DNA of 64,000 bases. Origin: Octopus vulgaris. Its lineage: Eukaryota. The translations under genes and the position numbers were made by a program. Location of the stretch: NCBI GenBank assembly GCA_951406725.2, contig OX597817.1, positions 97,402,001 to 97,466,000 of the forward strand, in the 5' to 3' direction. The notes under the pieces were generated by a model, which had not been told where the DNA came from, searched no databases, and worked only from the letters and a program-made list of their open reading frames with translations. This document shows positions 38,843 to 51,322 of this stretch, one piece after another; positions within the stretch are counted from its first letter, which is position 1, and each line of letters opens with the position of its first letter.

Positions 38843-39834
38843 GAACACCACCCTGTACATAACTCCATGTCCCCCTACATGGCCTTGCTTTTTGCTTTTG
38901 AGCCAAAAAATTAACTAACTAACATCTGATCAATGTTACACACATATATATATGGAAGCACACAGACACTGCTAACCTCACCAACCAAGCACTCTCAGTC
39001 AGTCAGTAGATGGAGAGATAGATGACACTTCTCCTATCTGCAATCATTCTCAACACCCCCTCATATCTGTCATAAATGCCCCTCACCACCTTTGTTGCAC
39101 CACTCACTGTGGCCACTCTCGTGTATCTATGACTTCCACTCTGCCACTGTACATTTTCATCCCTCACCTCTCCACTCTCACACACTGCACATCAGCTTCC
39201 TTATTTCTGATCTATCAACAAATTTAAGACACTATTGCTCTCCATACCTACAGTATCCCTGCTTGTCACCACCTCCTTCCTCAACTACTTCCATCTTTCT
39301 CCTCTCTCCATCCTATGCTGACATACACCTCAACCAAACCCCCATCCTTATTGCTCATACACTATAACCACCTCTAGCCATCTGTCACTATCCTCTCACA
39401 CTTTTATAAAATTACCCAACCTTTCCTTCCTCCAGTCTATATTCTCCCATCCTTTACCTTGAGAATATGCTCTGACACTATCACCGCCGATTTTATCTCC
39501 CTTCCAGCTACTCTCACTCATCCTCATATAAAGTTGGGTAGTCATATATCTCCTCTAAAGAAAGACAACTGCGCTTGTCTCCATATCATTCTTTAGCCTT
39601 CAACATCTGTCATAAAGCAAGCTCTCCTGCTTTCAAAAATACTCCCACTCAGCTGATAGGGATTGTTCTGTTTTCTTTTATCTCCTTTCTTTGACTGGCA
39701 ATTTACTTGGCAACCTTATTAGTGCTGGTGTAAGGGGAAAAAAATCACCCACTACACACTGTAAAGTGGTTAGTATTAGGAAGGGTGTCCAGCTATGCAG
39801 CTCATTGGATCCTGTCAAACTGACATGCCATGAA

Positions 39835-41215
39835 CAAGTTCAGAAAGAATTTGCTAAAAATCTTCAAAGAATTTGGCCTATCTATAAACATTTACTATCA
39901 ATTTGACAAAAGTCAACTTCTTGGATGTAACCCTAAACTTGAAGACAGAAGCCCAATGAGGAAACTGTTTACATCCACAGAAACTCCAACCATCCCTAGC
40001 TGTAATTAGAAATTTAGTCACAGGCATAAATAGGAAAATCTCTAAGCTGTTAGTAGATAGAGAAATCTTCAAACAGGTCCTTCACCCATTTAAACAAGGC
40101 AGTAGGAAGGAGTGGATTCATTGAGTAGTACATATGGAGGACACCCCCAGAAAGAGAAAGCTAATCTCGTCCAATCCTCTATTTAACCTGGAAGTTTTAA
40201 CCAGCCTAACTTGGACCTTCCTGATGTTAATGAAGAAAACATTTCCCCAGAACCCATAAGTATTATAAACTCTTCAATCTCCACAATGTTATTCCTGCTT
40301 AGACAACATTGCTTCAAACATCATACACTACAATAGACACAAATTCACACCTAGATAACCACTAGTCCACACCCCAACCTGTAATGGTTGAAATCCTACC
40401 AACAACCCACTGGCAGGATCCTGTCTCTCAAAGGTTGCTATCTACAGACTACAACCTTTGAGATGCCTCACACTATCTAATGACATTACATGGCAGGGAA
40501 GGTTATACATAACATAAGCACTACTTCTGAAGCAGAGATAGGGAAAATTCTACCTCACTGTCCTGCTTCATCTGGATTCATTGGAATGACTTCCTCAAGA
40601 TCAAACAGAGTATCATTGATGGGCCCCAACCTGGAACTTGCAATTGCCAACTTTGTCTTTACAAAAGACAACACATATTCCACCAACCTGCAGTATCCAC
40701 CAACTGGAAGAATGAACCATCTTACTGTTGCCACCAGAGGCATGCCCTGTAAATGAATTTCAAGCCACTGGCAGCCGATGATCCAGGTATACCACCCTAG
40801 GCACCCCCACACACACAAGGGCAAGGTATTTCATCCCTGCCACCAATAGAGATAACAGCTCCTTCTTGATCATCCAGCCTCAATTTTTAACCTAGCACCA
40901 TCAAAACTCCAATAAATGACCACTGAGCTTGCAATGAACTGATGGCACTGAATACACCATACCACAGCTTGCAGACATAGTGGGAGACCTACCTGCCACC
41001 ATCTTGTGTGAGCAAGTGGGCCTAAAAATAAAGAAAAGAAATGATGCTGTTTCCATGACCTGACTTAATCAATAGAGCTCAAACATCTTGAAGCCATCCC
41101 AAATTTGTCTCAAATCTCATTACTCTTCTCTAGGTATCTGATGAGCAGGGTTCGTCTTCTAATTCCATGAAACTTTATGTCAAATAGAGCTGAATCAAAC
41201 TGCTATTAAATAATA
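39835..41215 (+). mobile_element. Highly decayed PLE (Hydra-like) with a relic hammerhead at 41135-41186
   Basis: GLSI..INLTKVNFLDVTLNL, HRNSNHP, YKLFNLHN..YSCL fragments; downstream CTGATGAG...GAAAC..GTC with eroded stems. Confidence 0.6.
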
Positions 41216-41242
41216 TATATGTAACTCCTACCAACTGTGTTG

Positions 41243-41470
41243 AGGGCATGTGCCTAGTGGTTAGGGTGTTGCACTTATGATTGCAAGATTAAGATTTTGA
41301 TTCCCAGACTGGGTAGTATTTTGTATTGTTGAGCAAAACACTTCATCTCACATTGCTCTGTGATCATTTTGACATCTGACACGTGGTTCACTGTGCACTG
41401 TACAGACAATATTAATTTGATGGAGGGAGTGAGTTACAGGATGATTGAACTAAATTCGACAGTTTGCATA
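41243..41470 (+). mobile_element. Degenerate tRNA-derived SINE
   Basis: GCCTAGTGGTTAGGG..TTTTGATTCCC..TTGAGCAAAACACTT resembles the 27686 head. Confidence 0.55.
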
Positions 41471-41529
41471 AAAACAAAACAAAACAATATCCCATCCAAA
41501 TATAAAAGTATTTTTAAAATTAAAAATAT

Positions 41530-41975
41530 ATCAATTAGCCTCCACCAGTTTCCACCATGGCTTCAAGGTGGCCCCAGAACTAGGTGTGTGTGTTCCTCAC
41601 TGTGTCCCTAGGAAGATCTTCAAACACTTCCTTGATCTTGGTCACCAACTGGGCCTCAGTGATGCAGGTAGAGTGGTTGGTATCTTTCTCAACTGCACCC
41701 ACACACTAAGTAATTCATGGGATTACAATAGGAGGAATTAGAGGTCGAAAATTCAGGCTGGCAAAGTTGTAGAAATTCTCTGACAACTACTTCTGACTCT
41801 TTCTGGCAGTATGGCAAGGAGCTGAACTATGCTGCCACACATATGATCTTCCACCAGCGACCCAGTCAAGCAGCTTCACATAGCCTCCTGAACTGAGTTA
41901 AAGGCCGTTCAAAGATATAGGGTAGCATGATGTCACCCAGGAGGCACACCCAAAGACCATCAGTTTCATGATATG
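41530..41975 (-). mobile_element. Tc1/maT-like transposase relic
   Basis: Minus strand WQHSSAPCHT (QQDSAPCH-like) and NSSYCNPMNY (SPDCNPLDY-like). Confidence 0.55.
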
Positions 41976-43397
41976 TGGGACATCACATGGATCTTAGGCA
42001 AGCCAATTGTTGTTCTAGGTGTTGTGCAACTGGTCCTGACAGAAGTTCTTTTCAGCTGAGAAGAACTAGATCATCCCTAGCTCATCAGGATGCCTCAGCT
42101 TATTCAGGAGCTTCTTTGTCTTTATCAAGCAGTACCCCTTGGCCCTGGCTGTCAGAATTTGTCCCTGCCACCTCGTGTATGAGTGATAGCAAAAGTCCTC
42201 ATTCAAGGCCAGCTTTCTTTCACCAAAAACTTGGATTGCCTGCTTAGATTTTCCATCACCTGGATGAATTCAAGCATGCAAATATAGTTGGAACACCTAT
42301 GTCCCTTCCAGTTGACCACAACTTTGTGGTCACTGTTGCAGCTGTCCTTATCACATCTTACAGCCTCCACAGTGTTCATAGAGCATTGAGCAGCAATCAT
42401 GATGTTGGCATTTTTACAACTGGCTCAATAATCAGATGGCTTCCAGTCTTCCATGTCAGGGAGCATGGCAGCTTCATATGTGAACATAAAGTGATAGCAG
42501 AGAGAAACAAAGTGAGAGATAAAAGAAAAGAGGAATGGAATGTGGAGGAGAAGCAAACAAGTTGTGAGTGAGGTGAAGGGGAAAATGAGCTGAGAAGGGA
42601 GTAGGAGGATAAGAAAGGGATTAATGAAATAAGAGGAGATACCAAGTCCAAATATGAAACATTGTTCCCTAAGTTTTCTTGAGAATTACAAATCCATGGT
42701 ATATGGAGATGTAATTAAATATATTTAATAAAATTCTTTTTTTTTTTTTTTCTATATGTACTTTATAGAGGTGCTTGAGGTAGCCTGTAGGGACCAGTTA
42801 TAGCCATTGGAAAATAGGTCCTTTGCATTTGTGCAAATGTAGATGAAAATAGCAACTCCTCTCTTTCTTCAGCCTGAACAATCCATGCAATTTTGATCTC
42901 AGCATCTAAGTTGAACTCAGAATAGAGAAAGTGTTGTATGCGGTCCAGCATTCAATATATGGAATCTGCTATTTTGTGTTTTGATAGCTGTGCTGATGCC
43001 TTGTGTATTTAATTGGCTTGTCTTTGCTAAGGTAGTTGTGTCTTTGTGTTACTTCAAAGACCTAGTATTGCGTTTGCTACTTAATGACAAAACTCAGATT
43101 AACTTGTGCACTAGCATGACAACAGAGGCTGATGAAGTGCTATAGTGAGAATGCTTTGCTTCTCTAGATTATTTTTTTTTCCTAGATTTAGCCTGGCTAA
43201 AAGAGACTTGATTAGAGAATGGTTGATGTCTGTGGCAACCTCTCTTCTGCTGGTGGCATGATAAAATGCACCAGTACACAATGACCATGATGACTCATCC
43301 AACCTATGTCGGCATAAAAAGTGGATGTAAAAATTATTTTATACACACACACATATACATACACGCATTCATATACATAGAATAATCTAAGATGTAC

Positions 43398-43609
43398 CTT
43401 GGAATTGTCGAAGGGTCTCCCATGATGAAGCAGCCATGTAATCTTCAAGAAATTCTATTATCCGTGGTACACATCGACCGGGAGCATGGATAAATGTGTT
43501 TGTGAATGTCTGGAAAAGAATCATCACAGCCAGGTGTAGTGCATTTGCTGGATCATCTTCACTGGATAATTCAGCAATGAGAGTTTGTCTGTGTTCCTGA
43601 AGGAGTTGT
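43398..43609 (-). CDS. UFL1: E3 UFM1-protein ligase 1, penultimate coding exon
   Basis: tttgtag|A CAA...CAA G|gtacat; QLLQEHRQTLIAELSSEDDPANALHLAVMILFQTFTNTFIHAPGRCVPRIIEFL matches the UFL1 C-terminal signature HRQAL..EDPALILHL..LFQ..HAPGRCVPQII. Confidence 0.93.
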
Positions 43610-44399
43610 CTACAAATAAACAAAACAAAGAAGCTTTAACAGCAAATAATAACAAAATGCGTAGAATAATGTTTTTACAATAAGCATGTGTATGTGTGTG
43701 TGTGCACATGCTTGTGTGTGTGTGTGTGCATATGCTTGTGTGTCTGTGTGCATATGCGTGTGTGTGTGCATATGCGTGTGTGTGTGCATATGTGTGTGTG
43801 TGTGTGTGTGTGTGTATACCAACCATAAAAGCCACAAAAACAGAATTTTCCAAAGCCAAAAGAAATCCAAGTATAGCACAGTCTAATCAGTGTCTGAACA
43901 GACACTAATGTTGCAATTAGCCAGTGAGTTTGTTACAAAGAGATGAGTTGTTGCTATCTCTAGCAGTTGAGTGCCCATCACTGATGAAGTCAAGAAAGGA
44001 TCAAATCACATGATTTAGTGGTCTCGGTGGGGATTTATCTCCCTGTTAGCAATCGAAAGAAGCATGCATTTTGCACCAAAAGCATATATGAGAATTTCTC
44101 TCATGGCATGTATATTTTGATATGATAAACATTTGAATTTGATTGGTTGTTTCTATTAATGGTCTTTCAGAAGAATGCAAGTTGAGACAGTAAACATACA
44201 AACAGACAATAAAAATAAAAAATAAAATAAAATTACATAAATATTGTGTTGTATAAAACTAAAGAAAACCTTGAGTTGGAAAAAATCTTGAGTCAAAAAC
44301 AAATTTTGAGTTTAAAAGAAATCCTGCATCTTCAGGGTAAATTAATGGTAAATAAATGAATAATTAATTAATATAAATGTAAGTTTTGTTTTAAAAATT

Positions 44400-45430
44400 T
44401 TTAACCCAAGGGTTGAGAAAGCTCGTAGATATTAATAAAACAATAACGAATTTCTCACGCTTTGAATCATTTTGGAATCTATTGTGTTTTTTCTAGTTAA
44501 TTTTTATTTATTTTCAGATCATTAAAATGGAATGGCAAGTTAAGAAAAATGAGCATTTTTGACACCTCTTACTTTTTGCTTTTAATCAAGGTTCTAAGGC
44601 TGCAAAAGCTGCTCGCAGCATTTGTGCTGTGTATGGAGAGGGTGACATAGCTGAAAGAACCACTCGTGATGGGTATGACAAGTTCAAAAATAGAAATTTT
44701 GACTTCAAACACGCACCTTGTTCTGGCCGTCCAGTTGAGTTCGATGAAGAGCAATTAAACCAACTTTTGCATGAAAATTCTCGTCAAACAACAAGTTAAC
44801 TGGCAGAGAAAATGTGATGCTCCCACACTGCTATAGAGAAGCATCTTCACTTGGTGGGAAATGTTTGTAAATATGGAGCATGGGTTCCGCATGCTTTTAG
44901 TGACAACAAAAATCAACGAGCCACAATCTCCGTTGGTTTGCTTGCTCATCACACAACTCATGGACATGAGCAACGGTTTCTTTACTGAATCGTTACTCGT
45001 GATGAAAAATGGTGCCTGTACATCAATATGAAACAGCATAACGAATAGCTTAGCTCCGGTAAACAAGCAACACCATGCGTGAAACAAGATTTTCATCCGT
45101 GTAAAATGATGTGCGTATGGTGAGACTGGGAAGGGATTATCCATTATGAATTGCTTGAACAGAACCAAACAGTCAACACGGAACTCTATGTTCAACAGAT
45201 GGAACGACTCAACACGGCTATTCAAGAGAAAAGACCTAATCGGCTGCATGGAGTTCTTCTGCTGCATGACAATACCTCATATCACCAATATGACCAAAGA
45301 AACCATTCAAACGCATGGCTGGGAAGTACTGCAACACTCACTGTACTCTCCTGATTTGGCACTAATGGATTTCCACCTCTTTCAATTTCTTTCAAATGCT
45401 ATGTGCGGAGTTTCGTTCAATACTGATGCA
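44400..45430 (+). mobile_element. Mariner (DD34D-type) transposase pseudogene, 3' end interrupted
   Basis: ATG at 44527: MEWQVKKNEHF*HLLLFAF..SGRPVEFD..WVPH..VTRDEKW..LHDN..YSPDLALMDFHLF; multiple stops. Confidence 0.88.
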
Positions 45431-45610
45431 TTGAGTTGTAATTAGTTTAGAAGAAAACTTTTATAATTACGGATAGGTATATATTTATAATTTACATTCT
45501 GTTAATAATCTTCTTTCAATTTCTGTTTCAGCACCCGCTTCACTCTGTCAATTTCTCACTATATCTCTTTAAAATTATTCAATTTTAGATAGGTATATAT
45601 TTATTTGTTG

Positions 45611-45653
<43 letters not shown>

Positions 45654-45990
45654 CTCAGCCTCTCAATCTTCCTAAATATATAGATGCGAACATTAGAAAT
45701 ATAGTTGTAATTAGTTCAGAAGAAAACTTTCGTAGTTACAGGTAGATATTTATAATTAGCTTAGAAGAGAACTTTCGTAGCCGCAGATAGATATATATTT
45801 ATTTGTTGCATAACCTCCTCTCTTTCATTTCTTTCTCTCTCTGTCTCTTCACTTCTCTCGTAGTTACAGATAGATAGATATTTATAATTAGCTTAGAAGA
45901 GAGCTTTCGTAGCTGCAGATAGATATATATTTATTTGTTGCATAACCTTTCTTTCATTTCTTTCTCACTCTGTCTCTTCACTGCTCTCCT
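45430..45990. repeat. Imperfect tandem duplications (~130-bp units), possibly the 5' UTR of the downstream LINE
   Basis: GTAGTTACAG..TTAGAAGAGA..TTTCGTAGC..TTTATTTGTTGCATAACC repeated at 45732 and 45860; related units at 45435 and 45703. Confidence 0.65.
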
Positions 45991-46355
45991 TCACGCCTCT
46001 TTCTCTGTCTCTTCACTTCTCTCTGTCACACCATCTTTCCTCTCTCAGCTCTCAATCTCTCTAAATACATAGACACTTTCTTTCTCTATTTCTTCTCTAC
46101 CCTCTATAACACTGTTAAATTTTAAATATAATTAGATAGATAAATAAATAAAATATCCAAAAATGTCCAGAACCTGGAGGAGCATGGAATTGGCATTGTT
46201 CTTGAGAGCCTGGTGATGCACTGACGGAGATAATCTGAACAACATAACTACAGCTGCGCTGAATAGCAATGATTGCACAAGGACGTTAGCACAGATAGAG
46301 TGAAAGAAGCAGGAGTTTATATAACTCCTATGCACTCACAGGATCCCACATCAGC

Positions 46356-49300
46356 ATGCTTGATGCCATTTTTGACAACGAACAAAGCAAAGATGACAAG
46401 GATGGAGGCACGGGTGCTGATGAAAGGTGTCACCCCCACTTGGTAGACACCCAGGACAACAAAGAAGATTCAAGTGAGAAACCTGCACGGGAAGTAAACC
46501 CAATTCCAAGTGCCCCTACCAGCATCAAAAGCCAAAACCATGGAAATGAAAGAGCCAAAAAAGAAGTAAAAGGAAGAAAAACAATAGATGAAACAGCCAA
46601 AGAAGGAAAAACTAAAACTCAAACTAAACCAAACGATGAAACAGCTAAGGATAGAAGCAAACCTGACTATCCATATACTTAAAAGGATAGAAAGAGACAG
46701 CACACACAAATGTGTAAATTCTACCTGAAAGGTGTCTGCTGGCATGGAGAGGAAGGTGCAGGCTGCCGTTTTGCACACCAAAGACCCTGCCACATAAACA
46801 TGAAACAGGGCAGAAACCAACTGCCAAAAGGAAAAGGAAAGGACTACGCACCACCTGCAACAAAACAGAGGTACACAGATGTAGTGCGTGCTACAAACCA
46901 TCAACATGTTATTGAAAGGGCAGCTGCTGAACAAGAATCTTTTTTGTGCATGGCTCCATCAAACTCAAACTCGCAGATGGGACTATCCACAATACACAAG
47001 ACCGCCACAGCAAATAGATCCAAGGTGGACACCACTGGCAACAACACACACATCACCTCGATGCTCCTACTGAACATCAGAGGACTGCTAACACTCAGTA
47101 ACAGGACAAAGATCCCTTTCTTGAGAGACCTTGTTGCATGCAATCAAGCCTTATGCATAGCATTACGGAAACACACCTGAAACCGGACATAGCAGATGCG
47201 GAAATACACATACCACAGTATGTTGTATTACGGACCAACAGAAAAGAAAGGAGTCATGGAGAAGTTGCTATGTACATCCGCGAGGACCTCATACCCCAAG
47301 TCCTTTTGCCATACTCAAATTTGGTGTGTGACACACTAATTGTACATATAAGGCAACTTGGTGTAGTTATATGTGCTACATATCGCCCTCCAGATGCTCC
47401 AAGCCTTATAAAAATAGAAGAAGTTCTAGTCACAGTACAACAACACATAAGTGTACTTCTTATGGGAGACTTCAATCTGCCCAATGTCAGATGGCCCGAG
47501 GGCCTTTCTCTCCCAGGAATGACGTGATGCAAACGAGGACAGGCGACGTCTCTCCTGAACCTCATCAACAATCTGTACATGGAGCAAATAATACTCCAAC
47601 CAACCAGGGCAGGTAACATACTGGATCTCTGCTTCACAAATAATATGGATCTCATCCATAATGTGAAAGTGACACCGACACTATTCTCAGATCATAACAT
47701 GGCAGTGTTGACCATGTATGGGCCAAAGGAAAGCATGGACATGCAGTCTACAAGAAACTCTCAGAATCTTTCCGGCTTGAACTTCCATAAGGCAAACTGG
47801 AAACAAATTGAGAAAGAGATCCTCAAACAAAACTGACCTGAATATCTCTCCTCGCCAGACATCGACATGAAACTTCAACAATTCATGTCTGTAATGCAAG
47901 CCGTATGCTACAAATGTGTCCCATAGAGAAAGACCACTGTACACATGAACAAAATCCCCAGAGATAGGAAAATTCTTATGAGACGGCGTACAAAAGTTTT
48001 AAATCGCCTAAACAAACAAATTGAAAGCAGTGAAAAGTCCCCCCTGAAAATAAAACTGTTGGAAATTGAAAAATGTCTGCAACTCTCCCATGAAAAAGAA
48101 AGAGTAGACAAAGAAGCCTGGGCTATAGACAACATAAAATCTAACCCTAGAGCGTTCTACAAGTTTTCCAAAGAAACAGCTATGGTGCACTGTAGGATAG
48201 GGCCACTCCTTGAAAAGGTTGGTACACTCACGGGAAATCCAATGAGGATAAGTGAAATACTAAATGAGCAATTCAAGAGTATTTTCACTCCACCCCTAGG
48301 GCATTTTCAAGTCAGCAATCCAACTGACTTCTTTACCACTGCAGATATAAAATCAGAGGCAACGATGATTGATTACATCAATATAAAGGAAGACGATGTA
48401 ATAAAGGCTATAGATGAAATGAACACAAACTCAGCATCTGGCCCCGATGGATTCCCAGCAATCCTTCTAAAAGTATGTAAGAGAGTCCTAGCAAGACCAC
48501 TGCAGTTCCTCTTTCAGAGCTTTCTTGCAACTGGCAAACTTCCAAGAAAACTGAAGGAAGGTAAAATATGCCCCATTCATAAAGGAGGTAGCAGAGCAGA
48601 AGCCAAGAACTACAGACCTGTCTCTCTGACCTCACACATCAGCAAGGTCATGGAACGAATAGTCAGAAGGAAACTAATTCCCTTCCTTGAAGAAAATGAC
48701 TTGCTGCCTGACACCTAACATGGTTTCCGACCAGGAAGGAGCTGCCTAACTCAGCTCCTACTATGACTGGGTGCTGAAACAACTGCTCAACCACTCAAAT
48801 GTGGAAGTCATATATCTCGACTTTGCAAAGGCCTTTGATAAAGTTGATCATGAAATGATATGTCACAAACTGCGTGATCTTGGCATAGTTGGAAAATTGG
48901 GAGAATGGCTTCGTGACTTTCTGAAGGATAGAAGTCAGGTGGTAGTAGCCAATGGGGCCACCTCCATTAATACAACACAAATAGTGAGCGGTGTTCCACA
49001 AGGCAGTGTTTTGGGACCACTACTGTTCGTAATGGCCCGATCAGACATGTCTGATCGGGCCATTATCACAAGTTAGGCAGATGATACAAAAGCCACGATC
49101 ACAAGTTAGGCAGATGATACAAAAGTTTCACAAGCAATACAGAACCCTGAAGACACTATGCACCTGCAATGTGAGCTGGACAAAATATACAAGTGGGCTG
49201 AAAAGAATAGCATGCAGTTCAATGCTGAAAAGTTTCAAGCTATATGCTATCAGCATGCAAAACTAAATGCAATACCCAATAAATACACTGGACCTGGAGG

Positions 49301-50090
49301 GATTGCAATCCCAGAGGCACAATCAGTGCTAGACCTGGGTATTTACATGAGTAATGATGCAACCTTTTGTGTGCATGTTGCCAAATTGGCAATGAAATGT
49401 AGGCGGCTGACTAGATGGATTCTTAGAACCTTTAGAACAAGAGACCAGGAAACCGTGATGGTCCTCTGGAGGACACTTGTCCTAAGCCACTATTGCTCTC
49501 AGCTATGGTCACCAACCAGTGTCAAGTTAATCACAGAACTTGAGGCGATCCAACGAAGCTACACAAAGAAGATAGCCTCTGTGCGGCATATAAGCTACTG
49601 GGAAAGACTCAAGAGATTAAGACTCTATCCCTTAGAGCGTAGGCGAGAAAGATATGCCATAATATACATCTGGAAGATCCTGGAAGGACTTGTCCCAAAC
49701 TTTGGCATTGAGAGTTACACAAATACTAGAGCTGGGCGCCACTGCATAGTGCCAAGGACTCCAAATTTGCCATCAAGATGTAGGACAAGATACTGTGATA
49801 GCCTGGGCTTCAGAGGTCCACAGCTCTTCAATATCCTCCCGAAGGACCTGAGAGACCTGCATGGGGTGGATGCAGATGTCTTTAAAATAAAACTGGATCT
49901 CTTCCTGTCAGGTGTCCCAGATGAACCAACTTCATGGTAGGAGGTGCAGATGAGGGCAGCTGCATAGACTCTCTCATGCACCAAATGGCAATTGCTAAAA
50001 AGCATTCGTGAAGTAAAATCATGTAGCAACACTGAATGGCAGTGCCCCAGTATGGCCAAAGCTTGTGAGCTGACACTAGATAAGATAAAA
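46356..50090 (+). mobile_element. CR1/L2-group LINE with a CCCH zinc finger upstream of APE-RT, decayed
   Basis: CKFYLKGVCWHGEEGAGCRFAH; LNIRGL, TETHL, MGDFNLP, LDLCF, SDH; GPDGFP, YRPVSLTS, YLDFAKAFD, GVPQGSVLGPLLF; YADD mutated to *ADD and locally duplicated (49045-49105); 3' tail CCCCAGTATGGCC..GCTTGTGAGCTG. Confidence 0.9.
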
Positions 50091-50270
50091 ATATACATAC
50101 ATATATATATATATAAAGTTTGCCGAAACTATGCATAGTCCAGAGATGAAAGGGGTAAACGGTTTTATTTCTCTTTCTATTTCAGAATTACAACTATTTA
50201 GCGGTTTGAGTTTGGTTGCTCTTTCTGGTGAGTTGAATGTCCTATTATGGCCATTCCTTATATTGTTGGT

Positions 50271-50312
<42 letters not shown>

Positions 50313-50319
50313 TATATAT

Positions 50320-50545
50320 ACTCTTTTACTTGTTTCAGTCATTTGACTGCGGCCATGCTGGAGCACTGCCTTTAGTCAAGCAAATCGACCCCGGGACTTA
50401 TTCTTTGTAAGCCCAGTACTTATTCTATCAGTCTCTTTTGCCGAACCGCTAGTTGACGGGGACATAAACACACCAGCATCGGTTGTCAAGCAATGCTAGG
50501 GGGACAAACACAGACACACAAACATACACGTACATATATATATAT
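50320..50545 (-). mobile_element. 5'-truncated family A SINE
   Basis: 3' half only, truncated at the internal microsatellite. Confidence 0.8.
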
Positions 50546-50768
50546 ATAAATACGATCATCAGGGCACTCCCAGATTCTCCCACCCCCCTTTCCTCACCAG
50601 CCTTCCCTCTACTACCCTACCAAGAACTCACAACTACCTCGAACACACAAGTGCAAACAAGGAGTCAGAGAAAGGCAGAATGCCACTTAAATCTGAACAC
50701 TACTATAGAAATATTGTTTTAAAAAAACTTTTCTTCTAATTTTTCTAAATTTAATTATTTAATCGTTA

Positions 50769-50806
50769 CAGTTGAAAAGGTCTCAAAATGACCGAAACCG
50801 GTACTG
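50769..50806 (+). ncRNA. Minimal type I hammerhead ribozyme motif (U3-A8 variant) in a solo pseudo-LTR (~50550-50858)
   Basis: CAG-TTGAAAA-GGTC tcaaaat GACC-GAAA-CCGG-TA-CTG: stems I and II paired, palindromic ACCGGT stem III, GUA site; followed by (TA)n. Confidence 0.75.
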
Positions 50807-50855
50807 AAATGTTCACTATAAAATTATTTTAGCATTTTCTATTTTTTACTTGTTT

Positions 50856-50886
<31 letters not shown>

Positions 50887-50900
50887 CGTGTTTATTTATG

Positions 50901-50941
<41 letters not shown>

Positions 50942-50986
50942 TGTGTGTCTATCTATCTATCTATCTCTCTCTCTCTCTCTCTCTCT

Positions 50987-51032
<46 letters not shown>

Positions 51033-51284
51033 TAATTCATTTTTGGGGATTATTAGATATGTGGGTATTCTATTTCAGTTAATACAAAAAAATAACTTAA
51101 TGATTATCTCTGAAGGTAAACTCATGGTATCTATTTGCACATCAGGAAATAATACTTTAAAGGATATAACAAGTATACCAGCAGGTATACTTCCTCAATT
51201 ATTTCCTACTTAAGTTAAAATTAAAATTATCAATTATGCAGGAACTACACTTGTTTCAGTATTGGAAGATTATAATACATATAC

Positions 51285-51321
<37 letters not shown>

Positions 51322-51322
<1 letters not shown>

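Larger units (their letters stand above)
34600..38923 (+). mobile_element. Near full-length CR1-group LINE in the last UFL1 intron (antisense to the gene)
   Basis: ORF1 followed by ORF2 (APE: TWL, RRGGGVA, LGDFN, LDLVFS; RT: QHGFV, LDFAKTFD, GVPQGSVLGPLLF); (TAAC)n tail at 38912-38923. 5' boundary approximate. Confidence 0.9.

Noticed and set aside
41975-43120. Possible tyrosine-recombinase and LINE relics
   Set aside because: Too degraded to assign without a database search.
43975-44005. CTGATGAAG..GAAA motif
   Set aside because: No convincing stems I or III and no PLE context.
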